A DNA stretch of 64,000 nt from assembly GCF_009914755.1 (NCBI RefSeq), contig NC_060926.1. One strand, written 5' to 3'. Both the position numbers and the translations under genes were made by a program. This DNA comes from the human T2T-CHM13v2.0 reference genome, Homo sapiens. Numbering within the stretch: position 1 is the first letter of the stretch; every line of letters starts with the position of its first letter. Under the pieces are notes generated by a model, which saw only the letters and a program-made list of their open reading frames with translations, ran no database searches and had not been told where the DNA came from. Below, piece after piece: positions 56,765 through 64,000 of the stretch.

Positions 56765-57554
56765 CTAAATTAGACAGGATAAAACCAGGAAAAGAGATGA
56801 CAAGAGATTGTGAGGAGCTGGTATTGGTTTCAATTTGTTTCATTTTCACAGTGTCAATTTTCTTAATGCTTCCTCAATTCACACTTCCCATCTCTTTTTC
56901 TCCCAATAATTTCTGAGATGCGTCAAGAAGTTAGTATGTTCCCTTTGTTACAAGTGAAGAAATCTGAGAAGTCTACCCATATTCACACAGCTAGTAAGAG
57001 GAAGAGATATATAGTTCTAGCCCTCAGATTATCCATGTATTCAGGACCATGTTCAAGAAAATTATAATCTTGTTATATTTAATAAATGGATGAATACAAT
57101 GTATCTGATCACACAAAAAGTCTCCTGCGAGATAAGAATTTGACCACACACCAGATCCCAAACATTTACCTTGAATTTAGTGAAAATACAGCAAGATGGG
57201 ATGGTTTGGAGCATGTGCTCTGGAGTCAGCCTGTCTTGGTCCATATGCTGGCTCTGCCACTAACCAGCTTCACAAGTTTGGTCAAGTTATTTAACATCTC
57301 TACACCTCTGTTTTATTATCTATAAACTGGAGATAATAATAGCAACACATAAGAGAAAATAAAAGGCTAAAATTATATCAATAAGATTGTGTATAGAGTT
57401 GAAAGAACGGTCTTTAAAATAGACAAATTCTGAGAAATATGTTATTAAGAAAAAAGAGGAAAATACAAAATAGAAACTTAGAAATGATGAGTAAAGAAAT
57501 TTTGAGGAAAAGAGAAGGTGCTCTTTATTGTGATTTTAAACTTGAATTGACTAC

Positions 57555-57829
57555 CAGTTCACCTTCACTTTTTATATAAGTTATTATTCACTTAAATATA
57601 TCTCTAATCTTTCTAGTGGGCCCTCAAAGGGTTATCACTTCCCAGACACCTTCTTTTGCTCTCTGAGTAATTCTTCTGTTTAAATTTCCAGAAACATATT
57701 CACATATCATTTCCATAGTCCCAGTACTATTTGTTTATGTGCCTCAGCAAGTACATCTGATAAATGCACGTTTTCTTTCCTGAAACCAGGCTGACTTCTT
57801 GGTATTTGTGAAAACACTCGAGAGACATA
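57555..57829 (-). pseudogene. Pseudo-exon, ~275 nt, phase 0-2: YVSRVFSQIPRSQPGFRKENVHLSDVLAEAHKQIVLGLWK*YVNMFLEI*TEELLREQKK...
   Basis: Acceptor cattcatttgctcag; first 40 codons open; weak donor. Confidence 0.48.
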
Positions 57830-58179
57830 CTGAGCAAATGAATGCCCTTTGAATTTCTAGTCTTTTAGTAATGGAGATAGTTACCACCCCTTTTCAGGAC
57901 TTTTAAAAAGCATGCCCACATGAAAGTAGCTTATGGAAAAGTAATATCTCATTTGTGATGGTGTTAGAGTGCTCCAAAAGGGTAATGGTGAAGAATAATT
58001 GCACAGCCGAGGTGAAGTATGCTAATTCAGCAAGAAGTTTGTTTTTCCAATAGGAAAATCTAGGCTTATTACATATCACAATGTCATATAAGTACAGCTA
58101 CTGCACAATACACTCTTCACAGTAATGCAAGGTGGAAGGGTAGTGAATAATCTCAAGCATTAGGAAATAATAATGCTTT

Positions 58180-58890
58180 CATTTGTGGCGGACCATGATA
58201 GCGCTAGCTTGTCGTTCATATTTCCTTTCTTTGAATAATAGAACCTCTTTTCTACTCCCCATGATTCAAGGGGCTTTCAGTCAAGTATCCCCTCCCACCA
58301 GCCACCATATACACAATCACAGGAGCAGCAAGAACATGACCCAAGATCAGAGGGCCCCTTCCTGCAGTCTGCAGTGGTTCAGGAATAGGCACAGGACCCA
58401 GGTCAGGCCAATCGGAGTCCTTGGGAAATTTCGACTCGAGCTAAAAGAAAGATTCTATTTTCTTTATGTTATGGTGTTAGAAGGATACAAGCTGAAGCTC
58501 TTTGTGGCCATATTAAGGTTTTGAGAGGAAAGCTATCTGGTGTAGAAGAGACTAAGGTACAAAGAGAAGCAAAGTCAAGCAAGCCTCAGAACATGTGACA
58601 TTTCCAAAGACACCATTAACCTTCTCTACCTTGCACCCTTGGCATGCTTTTTCCCCTTGAATACCATATGAACAATACTCCCTGGAGTAGTCTTAGAAAA
58701 GAGGAAAAAAGCATCCAGGTCATTTTGAATACCTAGTTCCAGCCTTTTATAAGCACGTTTCTACAGCTTGTCCTTCAATCCTATAAAATACCCAGTATCC
58801 TGTCCAGTTTTATCAGCCAATTAATTCCACTTGCCTTTTTAGATATTTGAGTTGAACTTCCTTCACTTGCAGCTGAAAGGGCACTGAATA
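58180..58890 (+). mobile_element. MLT1-like LTR fragments
   Basis: catgacccaag...cagtggttcaggaataggcacaggacccaggtcaggccaatc...tcacttgcagctgaaagg. Confidence 0.6.
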
Positions 58891-59289
58891 GTGCAAACTT
58901 TCTATAACTTTACAAAGTGCTCTCATACACACACAGAGTTATGGTGTCTGTTTTATGGATGAGAAAACAAAGAGGTTAAGAATTTGTCTGTCACTATAGT
59001 GGAGCAGAATTTTTTAATAGAAATTTTTTAAATAGAAAGAAAAAGCAGGAAAAAGGTGAGAATTATATCTGGGATTTTTTTCCATGTTAGGTTCAGTGAG
59101 TTTTCCTCCAGGGTATATACTATGCCACATCTTTTTGTCTCCAAATTCAGGTCGGATTTAGGAGAACATTCCTTGATCCTCACTAACTCACTGCTGATTC
59201 CAGCTAAGTGCTCTTCATTCCTCCTGCCTACGCTCTAGCCTGGAGAGAAGCTTACTATTGAACTGCAATTGTATTTACCAATGCTTTTT

Positions 59290-59520
59290 AATAGTTAATA
59301 TTTATTAAACACTTACTATTTCCCAGGCACTGCTCTAAGCACTGAATCTGTATTAACTCATTTAATCCTCAATAAGTATTTGTAAGATAGGCATGACAAT
59401 TATTTCTACTTAATGCATCAGGAAAAAGAGGCACAGAGGATTTTGTAACTTGCCTAGGTCACAATGCTAGATAAGTGGAATGTGGATTGGAATGGAGGAA
59501 ATCACACTTCAGAGTCTGTG
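59290..59520. mobile_element. MIR SINE
   Basis: ccaggcactgctctaagcac...ctcatttaatcctc...gaggcacagagg. Confidence 0.7.
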
Positions 59521-60063
59521 CCTTTGTCCATATGGTCATCACAGTTTGTTCAGATGGTCTGCCTTAGACTCTTGAATGTATTTTATATCACCTGCATACC
59601 TGGGTACCCTTTTTAATTCCCATTCTTATATTTTGGGTATTTCCTATCATATCATTTTTGTAGCCTGAGTGCATACAGGAGCTGATTGCTCCTCCTTTTT
59701 TTTCTTCCTTGGCTCAGTCTTCTTCTTTATATGACTAAAAGTAAACTAATGCTCATTGCATATGCCCAGATATTTGCAGCACTTGGTTCCACAAGCTGAC
59801 AATAGGAGAAGAGTGGGCCAAATCTGAGCTGACTATGTACTGAACTAACATTGCCTAACAGAGACTACCCAGGGCACCCACAAGTAACAAAACTATTTTT
59901 AATATTTACTTCTCCTTTCTTCCTGTTGGCCTTCTATAATATGAAGTACCACCCAAGATAAACTATTCTCTTTCTGAAAATTGTGAGGCCAGTTATCTGC
60001 TTTTGCTCACTGTATTGGGTAAGTTGCACTATATATGAAAATAGTTCAAATATCAAAAATAAA

Positions 60064-60832
60064 TTTTTTTATTATTATTATAAGTTTTAGGGTACATGTG
60101 CACAACGTGCAGGTTTGTTATATATGTATACATGTGCCATGTTGGTGTGCTGCACCCATTAACTCGTCATTTAGCATTAGGTATATCTCCAAATGCTATC
60201 CCTCTCCCCTCCCCCCACCCCACAACAGTCCCCAGTGTGTGATGTTCCCCTTCCTGTGTCCATATGTTCTCATTGTTCAATTCCCACCTATGAGTGAGAA
60301 CATGCAGTGTTTAGTTTTTTGTCCTTGTGATAGTTTGCTGAGAAAGATGGTTTCCAGCTTCATCCATGTCCCTACAAAGGACATGAACTCATCCTTTTTT
60401 ATGGCTGCATAGTATTCCATGGTATATATGTGCCACATTTTCTTAATCCAGTCTATCATTGTTGGACATTTGGGTTGGTTCTAAGTCTTTGCTATTGTGA
60501 ATAGTGCCGCAATAAACATACGTGTGCATGTGTCTTTATAGCAGCATGATTTATAATCCTTTGGGTATATACCCAGTAATGGGATGGCTGGGTCAAATGG
60601 TATTTCTAGTTCTAGATCCCTGAGGAATTGCCACACTGACTTCCACAATGGTTGAACTAGTTTACAGTCCCACCAACAGTGTATAAGTGTTAGACCTAAA
60701 ACCATAAAAACCCTAGAAGAAAACCTAAGCAATACCATTCAGGACATAGGCATGGGCAAGGACTTCATGTCTAAAACACCAAAAGCAATGGCAACAAAAG
60801 CCAAAATTGACAAATGGGATCTAATTAAACTA
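60064..60832 (-). mobile_element. L1PA 3' fragment with 5' inversion (twin priming)
   Basis: Antisense L1PA 3' end 60064-~60683 joined directly to a sense ORF2 segment 60684-60832; taaatt(t/c)tt on both flanks. Confidence 0.9.
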
Positions 60833-60929
60833 TAAATTCTTAAATACTCCTTCCTCCAAGAGTTTAATTTTCCATCACTTAAATAAACCTAGTGACTCAC
60901 TTATTAACACACTTCTAAGAAACAGACTC

Positions 60930-61515
60930 TATGGAAAAGAAAAAATAGTAAACTTACATGAAGAAACCTGGAAGTTACCATCTCACCCACGTGACCAACG
61001 TTAATATCACCAGTAATTAAAAATACTGATATCATGTATCCCCTCAGAGGATGCAATAAAGGACATATTACCCATGTGGCATTTTCCTCCCAAAATCTAC
61101 ACCCTTAGTCTAAATATGAGAAAGCTCCAGACAGATCCAAACTGAGGACCATTCTACAAACACCTGACCAGTATTCTGCAAAAATATCAAGGTCTTGAAA
61201 AACAAGAAAAGACTGAGGAACTACCACAGATTAAGAAGACAATGGAGACACAATGACTAATTACAATGTAGTATATTGGATTGAATCCTTGAACAACAAC
61301 AAAAATTACATTAGTAGAAAAACAGGAAATTTGAAGTAAACAATAATTTAGATAATATTATTGACAAATGTTAATTTCTTAATGTCCATGTTACTATGTG
61401 TATGTAATATGTTAACTTTAGGGGAAGCAAGATGAAATATATATGGGAAATCTTCATACAATCTTTGCAACTCTTTTGTAAACTTAAAATTATTTCAAAA
61501 TTAAAAGTTAAAAAA
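60930..61515 (+). mobile_element. L1MC/ME 3'UTR fragment
   Basis: ccaaactgaggaccattctacaaa...aagactgaggaact...tttgcaactcttttgtaaacttaaaattatttcaaaa. Confidence 0.75.
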
Positions 61516-61579
61516 TCTCAACATAGGGTTAAGTATGTGCCATAAGGAAAACATGAGATGTTCTGGCAGAAGACTTTAC

Positions 61580-61820
61580 TTGAGGAATTTCCTGGGAGAT
61601 GGTAATATCTGAGATGGTCAAGGTTTTGGAGATGGGAGTGCAGAAAGAGCATTTCTTCAGCATTTTCATTCTACTGACAAACACATCTCTTTTCTCTCCC
61701 ATCTGTTCTGTCCTCCTTCTTGCTTTCTTCAGTCTCCTTCCCAGTTATGTTGCAGATCAGAGAATTCTGTCTTCCTTGTACTGAGTTTATGCCACCAGGT
61801 TAAAAAATCACTAAAGATTT
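61580..61820 (-). pseudogene. Pseudo-exon, 241 nt, phase 1 start, with a frameshift: KIFSDFLTWWHKLSTRKTEFSDLQHNWEGD.../DVFVSRMKMLKKCSFCTPISKTLTISDITISQEIPQ
   Basis: Acceptor tttacctcttcccag, donor CAA|gtaaag; 98-nt intron to the upstream exon. Confidence 0.58.
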
Positions 61821-61918
61821 CTGGGAAGAGGTAAACCTCAAAAGAATGTACATATCTGCATCACTGACTTCTCAGACCACTTTACATTACGAAGATGAAA
61901 TTTTGACAACAGACTTAC

Positions 61919-62069
61919 TGTGATAACTCTGAAGGTCATTGGCTATGATATTATTTCTGATAATGTACATATATGTGGCAATGCCATTTCTTTTTAGGTA
62001 GGAGACAAAAATCTCTCTGGTGAGATTTTTTTTCAAATAATGAAAGTTTTATATCTTGAACATGTATTC
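61919..62069 (-). pseudogene. Pseudo-exon, 151 nt, phase 0-1: EYMFKI*NFHYLKKNLTREIFVSYLKRNGIATYMYIIRNNIIANDLQSYH
   Basis: Acceptor ccttagttttccag, consensus donor gtaagt; 1 stop in 50 codons. Confidence 0.7.
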
Positions 62070-62679
62070 CTGGAAAACTAAGGATCTACTTTTGGATGTA
62101 AATTCTCAAGAGAGCATGGAGGATTGACTTCACCAAAAAAAAGTAACTTTTTAAATCCAGTGTTCCCACTCAATGTTCATTTATTATTCATTTAATTGTT
62201 CATTCAACATTCTTCGAGAACTTGTTGTATGACAGATCAGGAGATACAAATGTGATTATCTTGACCATCCCTGAAGCTGTTAGTCCAGTGAAGTTCAAAG
62301 ATATAGTTCAGAATCCAGATAATTTACTGATCTACCTGTCTTCTATAATGGCCCATTAAAAGGATTATTGTAAATTATCTTATGTGATTGTACAATCCAT
62401 GCCAATTTTTAAAATATTTAATTGTTGGAAGTAGAATGCAGAAGTGATAGGGTCAAAGGCTATGTCTTATCTTGAGTAAAACTGAAATCACCATATCTAA
62501 CCTAAAACTAGAACAGATGTATTTTGTTCTATTCCCAAATCAAATTTTAATAACCTCAGATGCTTCATTTGTGTTTGATACATTTTGAGTTCTTGTCCAT
62601 CCCTGGTAAGAGTAATATGGTTGTTGAAAGATCTAGGCGCCTATTTATGGCTCTAAAAGGCATCATAATATCCATTTAC

Positions 62680-63076
62680 TTTACTTTTTTAATATCCTAA
62701 AGTTTATCTACAAAGTTGAATGAATTCAAAGTTAATTTGGATAACTTTTTTTCTGATCCAAAATTTAGTTCTGAATATTAGGTGAGTTGCCTAATCTGAC
62801 AAATTCAAAGAAATTTTGAGCACAGATATACATGACATATTATCCTAGACATTCTATCAGACCCACTAGTAAAATTTCTTGGATCATTTCTCCTTAATAT
62901 ATGAAATCTTCTGAATAGTATAACCCTGTACTTCCTTCAACTAAGACTTGTCTAATGATCTCATCAAGGAAACTCTTGCCTAGACTCTTGCTTTATATTT
63001 AGATCTATTTCCACTGGCAAACCTTCTTGATTTTTCAAACATGGGTACTTAATAGTTTTAAATTATTTTCCACTAA
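62680..63076 (-). pseudogene. Pseudo-exon, ~400 nt, frameshifted: ...KTIKYPCLKNQEGLPVEIDLNIKQE/SLGKSFLDEIIRQVLVEGSTGLYYSEDFIY*GEMIQEILLVGLIECLG*YVMYICAQNFFEFVRLG...
   Basis: Strong acceptor gttattttttttcag; 3' end uncertain (may run to ~62555). Confidence 0.48.
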
Positions 63077-63638
63077 CTGAAAAAAAATAACGTTTAAAAG
63101 AGATTATTGTGTATTACTAAAGAAATATGTTCATTTTCTAAGAATCTATTTGCAAGCAGATATTTTTTATTTTAAAAAGACAAATTGTACACACCAGATA
63201 CAGTGACTATAAAGCTCACTGATTTGTAATTAGTGACCTACATATGCAATTTACCATCTCTGAGACCTTAAACCTGTCCTAGGTGTAATTAAATGAGTAA
63301 TGTATGTAGAAGCACCATAACTTTCAAGCGTCATATAAAATGATAATTTTGTATTATTAATACACATATTATTAGCATTCATTCATTCAACAAACATTTT
63401 ATTTAGAACTCTTATTTAGAAACTAGGCATTATTTTCTTCAAGTGGCTTTTCCTAACCTTTTCCTGCCTACCTCCCCAGACTAACTCTGGTTCATCTTTA
63501 TAATGCCATAATTTAGCTCATGATCTGAAACATAGCAAGAACTCAAAAAAAATTTATTAAATAATTTCAGGCATTCTTAGCCTTCTACTCTCTTCTACTT
63601 CTGACAGTATTTTCTAAATTAGGTTGTGTTAAAGTTAC

Positions 63639-63778
63639 CTGATAACTCCCAGTTTCATTCCATATGACCTGTAGTCTTGAGCATTTTCATTTTGAATCAG
63701 TTTAAACTTGGCAGCATTATTAAGGTAATTAATGCGCATTCATACTTTGAGTTTTATATCTTCATTTAAACTCCATCT
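63639..63778 (-). pseudogene. Pseudo-exon, 140 nt, phase 0-2: RWSLNEDIKLKV*MRINYLNNAAKFKLIQNENAQDYRSYGMKLGVI
   Basis: Donor CAG|gtaact; weak acceptor tttttaaaaag; 1 TGA in 46 codons. Confidence 0.5.
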
Positions 63779-63854
63779 CTTTTTAAAAATTTAATTATGA
63801 AAGGCCCACCATATGTTTAAAAGCCATTATGATTGTTTAGATAGGGAGAGACTG

Positions 63855-63871
63855 GTGCTCCCTCTGCTGGC
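63855..63871 (-). promoter_or_regulatory. CTCF-like motif
   Basis: Minus strand reads GCCAGCAGAGGGAGCAC, close to the CTCF core CCASYAGRKGGCRS. Confidence 0.5.
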
Positions 63872-64000
63872 TCTGAAGAGAAAAAAGATAACTGGAAAAC
63901 CATTGCAGAATTAGACTGACATTCTGGCCAAGGCTTGCCACCCAAAGGATGATTTTAGAACTCTGAGATGCTTTACTGAATTGACTATATAACCTGAACT

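Overview
AT-rich primate (very probably human) genomic DNA, heavily populated by interspersed repeats: Alu, L1, L2, MIR, a full THE1 provirus, solo MST/MLT1/MER31 LTRs, MER1A and Tigger4. I see no intact protein-coding gene; nearly all ORFs in the track are repeat-derived or chance. The main hidden signal is a large, decayed, intron-containing (unprocessed, possibly unitary) pseudogene on the minus strand. About 30 candidate exons with AG/GT boundaries run from ~63.8 kb to ~36, and long runs of them splice into a single reading frame with few premature stops. One exon is split by a Tigger4 DNA transposon, which could date the gene's loss. I do not recognise the protein, so no gene symbol is given. 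Also noted: a plus-strand TATA promoter with a short first exon (46.2 kb), a twin-primed L1PA, two tail-less Alu 5' fragments with TSDs, and a CTCF-like motif. Exons and repeat subfamilies were called by eye and need computational confirmation.
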